DNA of 64,000 nucleotides from an uncultured Acidobacteriota bacterium (GCA_963741955.1 CAVUKB010000001.1:352001-416000), one strand, 5' to 3'; shown: positions 10,755 to 21,714, numbered from the stretch's first letter. Numbers and translations are program-made. Notes: generated by a model from the sequence alone, not told the origin.

Positions 10755-11066
10755 GCAGATTTCCTTTCGTTCATGGCCTCCTCCGGGCCGTTCACCGCTC
10801 CCTGCAGTTCGGCCCATCGAGGTGACGAATGGCGACTCCGGTGCGAACGAGCTTGCTATCGCCGTGCCGAAGAGCGCGATTCGGATCGACGCGCCGGGTG
10901 CGGACCGGCGGCGGCGATCCGTGAGTGGCAACTTTGACTTCCGACCCGTCCGACCCTTCCGACCCGTCCGACAGGTTCGACATGTCAGACACGACCTGGC
11001 CGCTCCTCAGCGAATTCTTTGCGTGCATCGAACCGAGCCGCAGAACGGAAATCTCTACCCTCTTTC

Positions 11067-12293
11067 TTACGCGGGAGCTTTGCGCGGCGAATCCCGCCCC
11101 ACCGCATGGGAGCCTCCGGTCGCACCGACGACCGATGCGTAAAGCTCCGAGTAGGCTTCGACCGTCAGTTCGATGGCGTGAGCGCGGGTACGGCGGAGAC
11201 TTTCTGCAGACATGGCCCCGTAGTGGACCCCGATCGCCGCGCTCAGCTTCTCCATTTCCGCCGCGGCGTCATCGGGATCGTTCGCTCTGAAGAGCGCCCC
11301 GTTCACTCCGTCCTCGACCAGTTCGGGGAGCGCTCCCGCGTTCGCCGCGAGAACCGGAAGTCCCGCCGCCATCGCCTCGAGTGTGGCGATACTCTGGAGC
11401 TCGACGTCGCCCGGCATGGCGAAGAAGTCCGCCGCGGTGAGGAGCGCCGGGAGATCCTCCTCTGCGACGAAGCCGACGAAGAGAACCCGTTGCGAGATGC
11501 CCCGCCGTTCTGCGAGCCGCTTCAGATTCGTCGCCTCGCGTCCGCGCCCCGCGATGATCAGGCGGAGGCGCGACTCCGTGGTTCTGGCCATCGCCTCGAG
11601 GAGCACCTCGACCCGCTTTTCGTAATCGAGACGCCCCACGTAGATGAATACGACATCGGATGGATCGAGTTCGAGCCGCGAACGCACGTCTTTCGAGCGA
11701 TCCTCTCCCACCGCGAAACGGGAATGGTCGACTCCGCACGAGATCGCGTGCACCGGGACTCCATCGAGATGTTTCCGGAGCAGCGCGGCCGCGGTTTCGG
11801 TCGGACTGGTGGCGACCTTCGCCTTGCCGAAGACGCGCGCCACCATCCACCAGAGGAACCGCTCGAGCGTCTTCTGCCCGATCTTCGATCGCGAGATCAG
11901 CGGCACGTGCGGGACGATATTTTCGGGGACGAAGTGGTTCGACGCGATCAGAGGAATGTTCATCGACGAGGCCGTCCGGGCGACGCTGCGGCTCAGCGGA
12001 AAATGATCCTGGATGTGCACGACGTCGGGCCGGATCTCCTCGAGGAGTCGCTGAACTGCGCGACCGGGGGCGGGGGTCACGCGGACGTCGGGATAGAGCG
12101 GCCGCAGCTCGATTGCGGGGATTCCCGCGAGACTCACTCCGCCGTCGATCGCACGCGTCGGCGCAAAGCGCTCTGCCGGAACGGCGACCGTCACCTCGTC
12201 ACCGCGCTCGACCAGTCCCCTCGCGAGCCGTGCAGTGAATACGCCGGGTCCGTTCAGCGGTCCCCAGGTCTGTCCGGCCATCAGGATCTTCAC
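11067..12293 (-). CDS. Glycosyltransferase family 4 (GT-B)
   Basis: PDVVHIQ, YVGRLDYEK, ELQSIATLEAMAAGLPV; GTG 12293 overlaps upstream TGA. Confidence 0.88.
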   Translation of the reverse strand: MKILMAGQTWGPLNGPGVFTARLARGLVERGDEVTVAVPAERFAPTRAIDGGVSLAGIPAIELRPLYPDVRVTPAPGRAVQRLLEEIRPDVVHIQDHFPLSRSVARTASSMNIPLIASNHFVPENIVPHVPLISRSKIGQKTLERFLWWMVARVFGKAKVATSPTETAAALLRKHLDGVPVHAISCGVDHSRFAVGEDRSKDVRSRLELDPSDVVFIYVGRLDYEKRVEVLLEAMARTTESRLRLIIAGRGREATNLKRLAERRGISQRVLFVGFVAEEDLPALLTAADFFAMPGDVELQSIATLEAMAAGLPVLAANAGALPELVEDGVNGALFRANDPDDAAAEMEKLSAAIGVHYGAMSAESLRRTRAHAIELTVEAYSELYASVVGATGGSHAVGRDSPRKAPA

Positions 12294-13411
12294 GCGGACT
12301 TCTCCGCCGCGGAGTCGTTCTGCTCTTCGCTCCTTCCGTTTCCCTGATAGGAGCGCTGACCGAATCGCCTGATTTTCCAGAGGAAGAGGAGTCCCACCAC
12401 GAGCGGAAGCCAGAAGTTGACGCTGCGGAAGACCAGCGTCGCTGCGACCGCCTTCGACTGATCGACCCCGAGCGAGGTGAAGATCAGGGTCATGATCGCC
12501 TCGACGATCGCGACTCCCTGCGGGATCGCGACGATGACGAAGAAGACGATCCCCAGCCCGAACGCGGCGACCAAGCCTCCCGCCGGAATCGACTCGCCGA
12601 ACGCTTTCACCAGCACCCACAGCCCGAATGCGTTCACTCCGTGGACCAGGATGGACCAGAGAATGGAGATGGTGAGCATCTTCGGATGTCTGCCGATGGC
12701 CATCGAGGCTTCGCAGAATTCGCCCGCGATCTTCTCCGGCCACTCCTTCGGGAGAAGGTCGGGATGCTTGAACCAGCCACCCACCTTCGAGACGAGTTTG
12801 CGGACCCAGCCGAGGATCTTCTTCACCCATTGCGGCTCCCAGCGGGAGAAGACGATCAGCATCACCAGGATGACCGTGTAAATGACGAAGACCCCCACGC
12901 CGATCGCGTCGTACGTCTTGAAGATGTGGTGGCGCACCAGGAACGCGACTCCCCAGAACACGAAGGGAATCAGGGTGACGAGATCGATGATCAGCACCAG
13001 CACCACGCCGATCGCGGTTCGCGATCCGCTCTGGCCGCGCTGGATGGCGTCGTCTATGAAGAGCGCCGCGGCCCCCGCGCCGCTCGGGACGACCGCATTG
13101 ACGAAGATGCCGGCGAAGACGACCGGCAGGAGCTCGAGCGCCGCGCTCTCGACGCCGACCACCGCGAATCCGAATGTGTAGAGGAGCGCGTAACCGAAGA
13201 AATACGCGATGTGGATCAGGACGCCGGCCGCGATCCACCACCAGTTCACATCCGACATCGCCTTTGCGAGCTTCTGAAAATCGGTGAAGTGCCCCGCGAC
13301 GAGGGCGGTCATACCGACGAGGACGATGATCATGAAGATCCGTCCGGCGATCGTCTTCGTCTTGCTGGCGCCGGACTGGTTCTTCCCCCCTTTCTTTTTC
13401 AGAAGGCTCAC
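12290..13411 (-). CDS. Lysylphosphatidylglycerol-synthase TM domain (UPF0104/HpnL-like) membrane protein
   Basis: Multiple TM segments, FVNAVVPSG, PQGVAIVEA, LVFRSVNFWLP; GTGA coupling at both ends. Confidence 0.8.
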   Translation of the reverse strand: MSLLKKKGGKNQSGASKTKTIAGRIFMIIVLVGMTALVAGHFTDFQKLAKAMSDVNWWWIAAGVLIHIAYFFGYALLYTFGFAVVGVESAALELLPVVFAGIFVNAVVPSGAGAAALFIDDAIQRGQSGSRTAIGVVLVLIIDLVTLIPFVFWGVAFLVRHHIFKTYDAIGVGVFVIYTVILVMLIVFSRWEPQWVKKILGWVRKLVSKVGGWFKHPDLLPKEWPEKIAGEFCEASMAIGRHPKMLTISILWSILVHGVNAFGLWVLVKAFGESIPAGGLVAAFGLGIVFFVIVAIPQGVAIVEAIMTLIFTSLGVDQSKAVAATLVFRSVNFWLPLVVGLLFLWKIRRFGQRSYQGNGRSEEQNDSAAEKSA

Positions 13412-15255
13412 GTGGTCAGCCTTTCGGTCGCGTGCGGATTGACGCGGTCGTTCGGAATGTCGCCGTGCAGCGAGACGGGGGGACGTCGTTCGCGTGCGAG
13501 ATAGCGCCGCAGAAGCTCCTCCCGAGTGATCCAGATCCGGAGCCGCTGCAATCGGGAGGCTCCGGGAGCCGATCCTCCCGCGTTGAACGTCCGGGTGAGG
13601 AGAACGACGTAGACGTGCTCCCAGAAGGTCGTGAACCGGGACCACCCGGAGTGACGAGTCTCCACCCGTTCGAAGCGGAAGCCCCATCGCGAGGCCATGG
13701 CCTGCAACTCGGCGAGCGTGTGCGAGGTGCTCAGCGACGTCTCTCCGACGAAGATCTCCGCAGTGTGCAGCCCTGGCTGATCCGAAACGTACTTTGCGAG
13801 GAGGCGGAGGGTGAGGAGAAAGCGCCGGCTGAACTCACGCCCCCACGAGAGCGAATCACCCGATGTGCGCGAGGGGACGTGCTCGTTCCAGAGGTGAAAC
13901 TGGATCGCCTGCTCCGCACCGATGTCGGCGGCGCGCTCGCTCTCCGGAAGTGCCTCCTCGCTCTCGAGCGGTCCGAGACGGAAGATGCACCTCGGGTCGT
14001 TCGAGAATTCGTGGATGTGGTAACGCCTGCGTAGAATCCGGTCGACGACGAGGATTGCGTGACGGATGGTCCAGTCGAAGATTCGCATAGAGTGGCGGTG
14101 GCCGGGGGATGCCGTCAGCCGTCCGTTCCGCTCGACTGCGAATTCTCTGCCTCTCCATCGGACCCTCCGTCCGGCGAGCCCTCCCGTCCAGACCGCCATG
14201 CCGAAGATCTCCCGGATCGGAAGCGCCAGGAGCCATCGATCGAGCTCGGACGCCCCGCTCAGATGCAGCGCCCTCGCCGCTGCGGCGAAGCGGATCGCGA
14301 AAGCGACCAGAAGCGTGGACGTGATGCCGAGCCATTCTCCCGGAGCGTCGACGAGCCACGCCGCCGCAGCGATCAGAGCCAGAGGCGCGGTCAGGGTCAG
14401 GAGAATCCCCGGGTACTCCACGGTGCGGCTGACCCGAATCGCCCGGGCCCAGCGGAGCTCACGACTCCAGAGATCTCCGAGCCTCGTCGGACCGAGAACG
14501 CTGGTGACGAAGAGCCGCGAGAGCTCGATCCGGAATCCGGCGCGAGCGACGCGATGGCCGAGCTGGTAGTCATCCGCGAGATACTCTCCGACCGCGCCGA
14601 AATCGCCGATCGTGGCGAGGACATCGCGGCGCACGGCGATCGCGGCGCCGAGGGCGAAGCGCATGCCGAAGAGGCGCCGGGCGGCAATCACGCCGGGAAG
14701 GAAAGAGGTCACCATCCCGAGCGCCTCCATTCTCGCGGCGAACGAACCGATCGCGCCCCCCCGGTAGGGAAAGGTCACCATCCCCACTCTGTGATCCGCG
14801 AGGGGGGCGGCGGCGCGGCGCAGGAAATCGGGAGGGACGCGGATGTCACTGTCGATCGCGACGAGGACATCGTGCCGCGCCTCGCGCGCGAGTGCGTCCA
14901 GAATGCCGGCCTTCGGATTCGGCGTCTTCGGATCGTGCACGATCAGCCGGACACGATCGTGTCCATGGATCTCCTGCAGTCGCCCGATCAGTTCGACCAC
15001 CGGATCTTCCGCAGACGCGACCCCGAAGATCACCTCGAGCTCCGGATAGTCCTGCAGGAGATGGCTCTCGAAGTTCTCCATCGCCTCGAAATCGACTCCA
15101 CTCACCGCCTTGAGGATCGAGACCGGAGGAAGCGCATCCACGTCGGGCTCAGTGGGTTTGCGGCCGAAAAAGCGGTTCATCCAGAACGTCGCCACGATCC
15201 AGTAGACACAGCTGGCCGCCGCGAGGAGGGTCAGGACTCCGGCGACGATGCTCAT
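13408..15255 (-). CDS. hpnI: HpnI-like GT2 glycosyltransferase with an extra C-terminal YkoP-like domain
   Basis: N-terminal TM, PPVSILK, NPK, DSDIRV, LADDY, RELRW; then ~200 aa with DPRCIFR..FHLWNEHVP. Confidence 0.8.
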   Translation of the reverse strand: MSIVAGVLTLLAAASCVYWIVATFWMNRFFGRKPTEPDVDALPPVSILKAVSGVDFEAMENFESHLLQDYPELEVIFGVASAEDPVVELIGRLQEIHGHDRVRLIVHDPKTPNPKAGILDALAREARHDVLVAIDSDIRVPPDFLRRAAAPLADHRVGMVTFPYRGGAIGSFAARMEALGMVTSFLPGVIAARRLFGMRFALGAAIAVRRDVLATIGDFGAVGEYLADDYQLGHRVARAGFRIELSRLFVTSVLGPTRLGDLWSRELRWARAIRVSRTVEYPGILLTLTAPLALIAAAAWLVDAPGEWLGITSTLLVAFAIRFAAAARALHLSGASELDRWLLALPIREIFGMAVWTGGLAGRRVRWRGREFAVERNGRLTASPGHRHSMRIFDWTIRHAILVVDRILRRRYHIHEFSNDPRCIFRLGPLESEEALPESERAADIGAEQAIQFHLWNEHVPSRTSGDSLSWGREFSRRFLLTLRLLAKYVSDQPGLHTAEIFVGETSLSTSHTLAELQAMASRWGFRFERVETRHSGWSRFTTFWEHVYVVLLTRTFNAGGSAPGASRLQRLRIWITREELLRRYLARERRPPVSLHGDIPNDRVNPHATERLTT

Positions 15256-16103
15256 GCCGCTCGCTCCCGCAGGGTGCGATACGTGGAGAGCGTGAGGCCC
15301 GCGCTCTCGAGCGCTGCACGGAAGCCGGGACTGACCAGTGTGTCGAGGTCGGTCGGATTCGGTCCCAGCGCTTCTCCGAGCGAGATCGTCGACGGATGGA
15401 AGTAGAGCTCGGCAGTGGAAGCGGAGAGAGCGGAGAGCACTCGGAGTACGTAGCGCTCCTCCATCCGTCCACTCTGCATCAGTCCATAGACGCGTTCGAC
15501 GGTGGCGAACGGCTCGTGACGCAGCTTCCGGCGCGCGCGCCATCCGAGCGCGGCAAAGCTGAGCGCCCAGCCGAGCTTCGTGATCAGATCGCGGTGGTCG
15601 TAGCGGAGCGCGAGCCCGAGGTCGTCCGCGGGGATCCGGATACCTCCGGCTCCATATTTCCGTGCGAGGGGGAGCATCCGGTCGAAGACGACCGGATGCA
15701 TGTGCATGTGCAGATGGCCGTCGACATGCGCGAGACGGAGACCGGTGGCGGCGAACCGTTCGAACTGTGCTGCGATCTCGCGGGAGAGCTCATCGCGGGC
15801 GGCGGGATTGAAGAAGCAGCGGATTCCCTGGCGAGCCGGGTCGTCGGGGAACTTCCCTTCAGGACCGGTGATGGTCGGAAGATCGGCGTGAGAGAGAACC
15901 GCACGACCCGAAGCGACCACGACGTGCAGCCCTACGGCAAGCTGCGGAAAACGGAGCGCGATCTTCACCGCCTCTTCGACCGCATCTCCGGTGACCATCA
16001 GGCTGGCGCTGGTGAGCACGCCTTCCCGCAGCGCCCGTTCGATGGCGGCGTTGATCTCGACCGTGCGGCCGAAATCGTCGGCATTGATGATCACCGAGCG
16101 CAT
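15252..16103 (-). CDS. hpnK: ChbG/YdjC family deacetylase, hopanoid-associated
   Basis: INADDFG, VGLH, HVDGHLHMHMHP, ELYFHP; ATGA-coupled to hpnI. Confidence 0.85.
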   Translation of the reverse strand: MRSVIINADDFGRTVEINAAIERALREGVLTSASLMVTGDAVEEAVKIALRFPQLAVGLHVVVASGRAVLSHADLPTITGPEGKFPDDPARQGIRCFFNPAARDELSREIAAQFERFAATGLRLAHVDGHLHMHMHPVVFDRMLPLARKYGAGGIRIPADDLGLALRYDHRDLITKLGWALSFAALGWRARRKLRHEPFATVERVYGLMQSGRMEERYVLRVLSALSASTAELYFHPSTISLGEALGPNPTDLDTLVSPGFRAALESAGLTLSTYRTLRERAA

Positions 16104-16194
16104 AGGATTCCCTCATGACGAGCGCGAGCGCTTTCGAGCGAACTCGAGCAATTCCCGGACCAGAAACGAGAGCGATTGAGAAACTCGAAACCGT

Positions 16195-17430
16195 CTACTC
16201 GTATCGTAGCGCGTCGGAAGGGCTGAGGCGGGCTGCGCGGGCGGAGGGAAGGATCGTGGCGAGGCAGGAAACGACCACGGCGAACCCGGTGATGATCGCG
16301 AGGTCGCTCCACTTCGTCACGAAAGGGATCGACGAGACGAAGTAGACCTCGGCGATCTCGCGCGGGAACGAGACGAGGTGATAGCGGGTGATGATCCAGC
16401 AGACGATCACCCCGAGGCCGACTCCCGTCGCAGTTCCGATCAGCCCCACCAGCGTTCCGTACCAGATGAAGATCCCGCGGATGAAACGGCTCTCGCCGCC
16501 CATCGACATCAGAATGCCGATCTCTTTCCGCTTCTCGTGAACGGTCATGATCAGCGTGGAGACGATATTGAACGTGGATACGAAGACGATCAGACCGATC
16601 ACGATGAAGAGGACGAGCTGCTGGATCTTCAGCATCGAGAAGAGCTGATGGTTCATCTCGCGCCAGTCCGTCACCGCGTACTGCTCGCCCGTGCGCTCAT
16701 TGACCGCCTTCTCCACAATATCGAGATCCGCCGATGGCTGCAGCCGGATCTCGACCAGGTTCACTCCGTTCGGCGAGCCGGTGAGTTGGCGCGCTTCGGC
16801 GAGATCGAGAAAGATCCAGCGCGAGTCGTATTCGTAGAATCCGGTGTCGAAGACGTTCGAGACCATGAAGGTCCCGGACTGCGGGAGAAAAGAGCCTGCG
16901 TGCTCGCTGGGAACGGTGATGGTCAGAGGTGACCCGGCCGAGACTCCGAGCCGCTGGGCGAGGTACTTCCCGACCGATACCCCGGGATAGCCGTCGGAGT
17001 GGAACCCGTTCGGACCGATGATCTTCACCAGCATCGGGGAAGTCTTCGCACGCGACGGTTCGATGCCCTTCACCATTACCTGGGTGCCCGTCGCGAGCGA
17101 TTCGGACGACGCGAGCGCCTGCTGGAAGAGGACGGGAGAGGCCTCGCGCACGCCGGGCGTTCCGCGGATCTCGGCCAGGACCTTCTGTGGGTTGTCCATT
17201 CCCGACTCGACGGAGTAGACGAAGAGCTCCGCATTGCCGCCGAGGAGCTTCTTCTGGAGATCCTGCCGGTACCCGGTCATCAGAGCCATGGAGATGACCA
17301 GCGCCATGACCCCGATCACCAGCCCGAGGATCGAGACGACGCCGACGGCGGAGACGAGCTTGTCGGTAGGACGCTTGAGGTATCGCCACGCGACCTCGAG
17401 CGACAGGATCCGCGCGCTGCTCTTGCTCAC
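16195..17430 (-). CDS. LolC/E-type (FtsX family) ABC permease
   Basis: AWRYL..GVMALVISMALMTG, EKRKEIGILMSMG, PSARAARLSPSDALRYE. Confidence 0.88.
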   Translation of the reverse strand: MSKSSARILSLEVAWRYLKRPTDKLVSAVGVVSILGLVIGVMALVISMALMTGYRQDLQKKLLGGNAELFVYSVESGMDNPQKVLAEIRGTPGVREASPVLFQQALASSESLATGTQVMVKGIEPSRAKTSPMLVKIIGPNGFHSDGYPGVSVGKYLAQRLGVSAGSPLTITVPSEHAGSFLPQSGTFMVSNVFDTGFYEYDSRWIFLDLAEARQLTGSPNGVNLVEIRLQPSADLDIVEKAVNERTGEQYAVTDWREMNHQLFSMLKIQQLVLFIVIGLIVFVSTFNIVSTLIMTVHEKRKEIGILMSMGGESRFIRGIFIWYGTLVGLIGTATGVGLGVIVCWIITRYHLVSFPREIAEVYFVSSIPFVTKWSDLAIITGFAVVVSCLATILPSARAARLSPSDALRYE

Positions 17431-18521
17431 TTCTTCCATTCGGCGATCATCTTCATGAAGTCGTCGAAGAGGTGGAACGAGTCGTGAGGTCCGGGTGCGG
17501 CCTCGGGATGGTATTGCACCGCGAAGAGCGGATGGTTCCTGTGCCGGAAGCCCTCGAGCGTTCCGTCGTTGAGGTTCACGTGCGTGAGCTCGACTTCGGA
17601 GTCGGGAAGCGAATCGGGATCGACCGAGAAGCCGTGATTCTGCGAAGTGATCTCGACCTTTCCGCTGGCGAGGTCGCGGACCGGATGATTCCCGCCGCGG
17701 TGTCCGAACTTCAGTTTGTACGTCCGCCCGCCGAGCGCGAGGCCGAGCAGCTGGTGGCCGAGACAGATCCCGAGAATGGGGATGCGGCCGATCATCTGCC
17801 GGATATTCTGTTGAGCATACTCGACCGGCTCGGGGTCTCCCGGGCCGTTCGAGAGGAGGAGACCATCGAACCCGGCGTTGAGGATCTCGTCGGGATGGGT
17901 ACTGGCCGGATAGACGACGACGTCTGCTCCGCGCCTGGCGAGCTGGCGAAGTATGTCTCGTTTGACTCCGAAGTCGTACACGGCGACGCGGATGCGTCTC
18001 TCGGGCATTTCCGTTTCGACGGCGTAAGGACGGAGTGCGGTTACCTTCTGTACCAGGTCGAGTCCCGACATGGAGGGTGCCGTCGCGAGCCGCTTCATCG
18101 CTTCCTCGAGGGAGATCTCTTCCGAGGTGATCATTCCCTTCATCGCTCCGCTGACGCGGATCTTGCGGGTGATCGCTCTCGTGTCGACGCCCTGGATTCC
18201 CGGGAGGTCGTGGGTACGCGCGTACTCGCCGAGTGAGCCGGAGGAGGCGAAGTGGTCCGGATGCTCATGCAGCTCGCGGACGACGAGGCCGGCTGCCTGA
18301 GGCCTCTCACTTTGCTCGACGCGCTCGTCGACGCCGTAATTGCCGATGTGCGGGTAGGTCATCACCACGATCTGGAACCGATAGGAAGGATCAGTGACGA
18401 TCTCCTGGTACCCGGTGAGCGAAGTGTTGAAGACGACTTCGCCGATGGCGGTGGTTTCAGACCCGAAAGATTCTCCGGGGAAGCTGCTTCCGTCTTCGAG
18501 TATCAGGCGTGCGGGTGGCAT
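17427..18521 (-). CDS. carA: Carbamoyl-phosphate synthase small subunit
   Basis: GEVVFNTSLTGYQE, SNGPGDP, GICLGHQ, QYHPEAAPGPHD. Confidence 0.97.
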   Translation of the reverse strand: MPPARLILEDGSSFPGESFGSETTAIGEVVFNTSLTGYQEIVTDPSYRFQIVVMTYPHIGNYGVDERVEQSERPQAAGLVVRELHEHPDHFASSGSLGEYARTHDLPGIQGVDTRAITRKIRVSGAMKGMITSEEISLEEAMKRLATAPSMSGLDLVQKVTALRPYAVETEMPERRIRVAVYDFGVKRDILRQLARRGADVVVYPASTHPDEILNAGFDGLLLSNGPGDPEPVEYAQQNIRQMIGRIPILGICLGHQLLGLALGGRTYKLKFGHRGGNHPVRDLASGKVEITSQNHGFSVDPDSLPDSEVELTHVNLNDGTLEGFRHRNHPLFAVQYHPEAAPGPHDSFHLFDDFMKMIAEWKK

Positions 18522-18736
18522 CTGCGGCGATTATACGGAACCGACGGCTGAGAGCGTGAATTTCTGGCGGGAACGGGGGAGTGGTGGGAGCGAGGCGGGG
18601 ATGATTTGCGCAACTTGTGCGACTTCCAATCGCGGCTGAGACTCTTTGCCACCAGTGAACGGTGGCACCTCAGCCCTCACGCCCGGGATGTTCCGGCAGG
18701 ACAATCGCGCAAATCGCGCAATTCGCGCAAATGACC

Positions 18737-20365
18737 TCAGAACCCCTGGTCGACGTGTTCTCCGAATGTCGTCTTCATCGCCGAGACGATCTCGCCGATG
18801 GTCGCGTTGCAGCGGACCGCCTCCACGATCAGCGGGAGGAGGTTCTCCTTCGACGCGGCGGCGTTGCCGAGGACCTCGAGTGCGGCGGACCACGCCTCGT
18901 GACCGGCGGGATCGGAGTCGCGGCGGCTGCGGAAGCGCCTCAGTCGCTCGACCTGGTCGCGCTCGACCGATTCGTCGATGACCAGAGTCGGCAACGGGAC
19001 CTCGGTCGATTCCGTGAACTCGTTCACACCGACCACGACTTCCCGCTTCTCCTCGAGCGCTTTCTGTGCCTTGTAGGCGGACTCGGCGATCTCCCCCTGC
19101 ACGAATCCCGAATCGATTGCGGCCAGTGCGCCACCGAGATCGTCGATCTTCGCGATCAGATCGGAAGCGGCCTTTTCGAGGTCGAGGGTCAGAGCTTCGA
19201 TTTCATAGGAACCGCCGAGCGGATCGGCGGTCGCAGCGATGCCGGTCTCCCAGGCGAGAATCTGCTGGGTGCGCAGCGCGATCCGGACGGAGTCCTCGGT
19301 CGGGAGTGCGAGCGCCTCGTCGCGCGAGTTTGTGTGCAGCGACTGGCATCCGCCGAGTACGGCGGCCATCGCCTGGTAGGCGACTCGGATCACGTTGTTC
19401 TCGGGCTGCTGCGCAGTGAGTGTGGATCCCGCGGTCTGGGCGTGGAAGCGGAGAGCCATCGAGCGTGGATCCTTCGCGCCGAAGCGCTCGCGCATGATCT
19501 TCGCCCACATCCGGCGCGCGGCGCGGAACTTCGCGATTTCTTCGAGAAAATTGTTGTGTGCGTTGAAGAAGAACGAGAGCCGCGGGGCGAAGGCATCGAC
19601 GTCGAGACCGCGATCGACGGCGGACTGGACGTATTGGATTGCATTGGCGAGAGTGAAAGCGACCTCCTGAACCGCCGTCGAGCCGGCTTCACGGATGTGA
19701 TAGCCGGAGATCGAGATGGTGTTCCATCGCGGGACGTTCTCCGCGCAGAACTGGAAGACGTCGGTGACGAGGCGCAGCGACGGCCTGGGAGGAAAGATGT
19801 ACGTTCCGCGGGCTGCGTACTCCTTGAGTATGTCGTTCTGGATGGTCCCGCTGAGGCTCGGCCACGGCGTACCGCGCCGCTCGGCGACGACCAGGACCAT
19901 CGCCAGGAGGATCGCCGCCGGCGCGTTGATGGTCATGGAGATGGAGACTTGTTCCAGCGGGATCGCATCGAGGAGCGTCTCCATGTCTTCGACCGAGTCG
20001 ATCGCCACTCCGACCTTGCCGACCTCACCCCTGGCGCGGCGATCATCCGAGTCCATTCCGATCTGTGTCGGGAGGTCGAAGGCGACCGACAGCCCCGTGG
20101 TCCCGCGCTCGAGCAGGTAGCGGTAACGTTCGTTCGACTCCCGGGCGGTGGAAAAGCCCGCGTACTGCCGCATCGTCCAGAGCTTCCGGCGATAGCCTTC
20201 CGGCCGCACTCCGCGGGTGAAGGGGAACCGGCCGGGGTCGCCGAGGTCCGACGCGGCGTCGAAACCGCGGCTTCGGAGCGATTCGGCATCGAAGACCTCG
20301 GGGAGGTCGATGCCGGACGTGGTGGTGACCGGGAACGGAGGGGCGTCTTTTCGCGATTCGGACAT
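18737..20365 (-). CDS. Methylmalonyl-CoA mutase family, N-terminal (substrate-binding) subunit
   Basis: [42 protein letters not shown]; no B12-binding domain. Confidence 0.92.
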   Translation of the reverse strand: MSESRKDAPPFPVTTTSGIDLPEVFDAESLRSRGFDAASDLGDPGRFPFTRGVRPEGYRRKLWTMRQYAGFSTARESNERYRYLLERGTTGLSVAFDLPTQIGMDSDDRRARGEVGKVGVAIDSVEDMETLLDAIPLEQVSISMTINAPAAILLAMVLVVAERRGTPWPSLSGTIQNDILKEYAARGTYIFPPRPSLRLVTDVFQFCAENVPRWNTISISGYHIREAGSTAVQEVAFTLANAIQYVQSAVDRGLDVDAFAPRLSFFFNAHNNFLEEIAKFRAARRMWAKIMRERFGAKDPRSMALRFHAQTAGSTLTAQQPENNVIRVAYQAMAAVLGGCQSLHTNSRDEALALPTEDSVRIALRTQQILAWETGIAATADPLGGSYEIEALTLDLEKAASDLIAKIDDLGGALAAIDSGFVQGEIAESAYKAQKALEEKREVVVGVNEFTESTEVPLPTLVIDESVERDQVERLRRFRSRRDSDPAGHEAWSAALEVLGNAAASKENLLPLIVEAVRCNATIGEIVSAMKTTFGEHVDQGF

Positions 20366-20549
20366 GAAAAAAACCTCGAGACGGAAGTCGTCGGGGCCGG
20401 ATTATCGCAAAAAAACGGTGAACCGACCGGATGTGATGGTATCCGGCAGATTCCTCCGTGCATAATGATCGCTGCCATGGCTGCGGAGCGTGCTCCGTGG
20501 CGGCGCTCGTTTCCGTCCGTGGAGGTCACGGGCAACCCTTCGAAATCCT

Positions 20550-21683
20550 ATGGGCCTGGTCGGAACTCTCGGTACCATGTCGCCCGGCGATCTCCTGCAG
20601 TGGCTCAGCCTCGCGCAGAAGACCGGGACGCTCGTCGTGCGCTCGCGCACGGCGGAAAAGAAGGTCATCCTCCGCAATGGCCGGATCGTCTCCACCGCTT
20701 CGAACGACCCTCGCGAGTACCTCGGGCAGTTCCTGATGAGCCACGGCTACATCAGCGAGGACGAGCTGAAGAAGGCGATGGAGGTGCAGCTCGAATCCCG
20801 GATCCTTCTCGGGAAGATCCTCGCGATGATCAACGCGATCAGCGAGAAAGACCTGACCCGCCTGATGCGGCTGAAGGCGGAGGAGACGATCTACGACATC
20901 TTTCTCTGGAACGGAGGGGAGTTCGAGTTCCAGGATGACGTCCTCCCCACCATGGAGATGGTGCCGCTCGACATCGACGTCACCGGGATCGTGATGGAGG
21001 GGATGCGGCGGGTCGATGAATGGAGCCGAATCCGGGAGTTGATCCCGGACGGATCGATGATCCCGGTGCGGAGCGATTCGCTCGACCCGGACCAGCTCCG
21101 GGAGCGCGAACGGATGATCGCTCTGAGCGTCGATGGGCAACGGAGCATCGAGCAGATCGTCCTGGAGAGCCGCTCGTCGGAGTTCGTGGTCTGCAAGACG
21201 ATCTACGACCTGGTCAGCTCGGGAAAGATGGCGGTACGCGATCACGAGGAGAAGACTCCGCGTGAGCAGCTGACCGGCGAGATCTTCCTCTCGCGCGAGG
21301 CGGAGATCCGCAGCCGTCTCGACAGCGCGCAGGTGGCGCTCGGCGAGAGCCGCTACGACGAGGCTCTGCAGCATCTCCGTGCCGCGTCGAATCTCGATCC
21401 GGAGAACCAGGCGGTCCGCAACACCCTTCACGCGGTCGAAACGCGTGTCCACTTCGATCTCGAGCGGAAGGGGATCGCACTCAAGCGTACTCCCCGGATC
21501 GCGAAGGAGATCGAAGAGATCGGCGACATGAACTTCACTCCGAATGAAGGCTTCGTCCTCTCGAGGATCAACGGGATGTGGGACATCGGGTCGATCATCA
21601 AGATCAGCCCGATCCGGGAGACCGAAGCGCTGCTGATTTTCAGCAAGCTCCTCGACAAGGGGATCATCGACTTCAAGCCGTGA
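20550..21683 (+). CDS. DUF4388 (PATAN-like) domain protein with TPR-like segment
   Basis: MGLVGTL..GDLLQWL..KTGTL, LGQFL, W.GGEFEF. Confidence 0.75.
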   Translation: MGLVGTLGTMSPGDLLQWLSLAQKTGTLVVRSRTAEKKVILRNGRIVSTASNDPREYLGQFLMSHGYISEDELKKAMEVQLESRILLGKILAMINAISEKDLTRLMRLKAEETIYDIFLWNGGEFEFQDDVLPTMEMVPLDIDVTGIVMEGMRRVDEWSRIRELIPDGSMIPVRSDSLDPDQLRERERMIALSVDGQRSIEQIVLESRSSEFVVCKTIYDLVSSGKMAVRDHEEKTPREQLTGEIFLSREAEIRSRLDSAQVALGESRYDEALQHLRAASNLDPENQAVRNTLHAVETRVHFDLERKGIALKRTPRIAKEIEEIGDMNFTPNEGFVLSRINGMWDIGSIIKISPIRETEALLIFSKLLDKGIIDFKP

Positions 21684-21714
21684 GCTGCGGCAAGACTCGT
21701 CACGCGTACGCATC

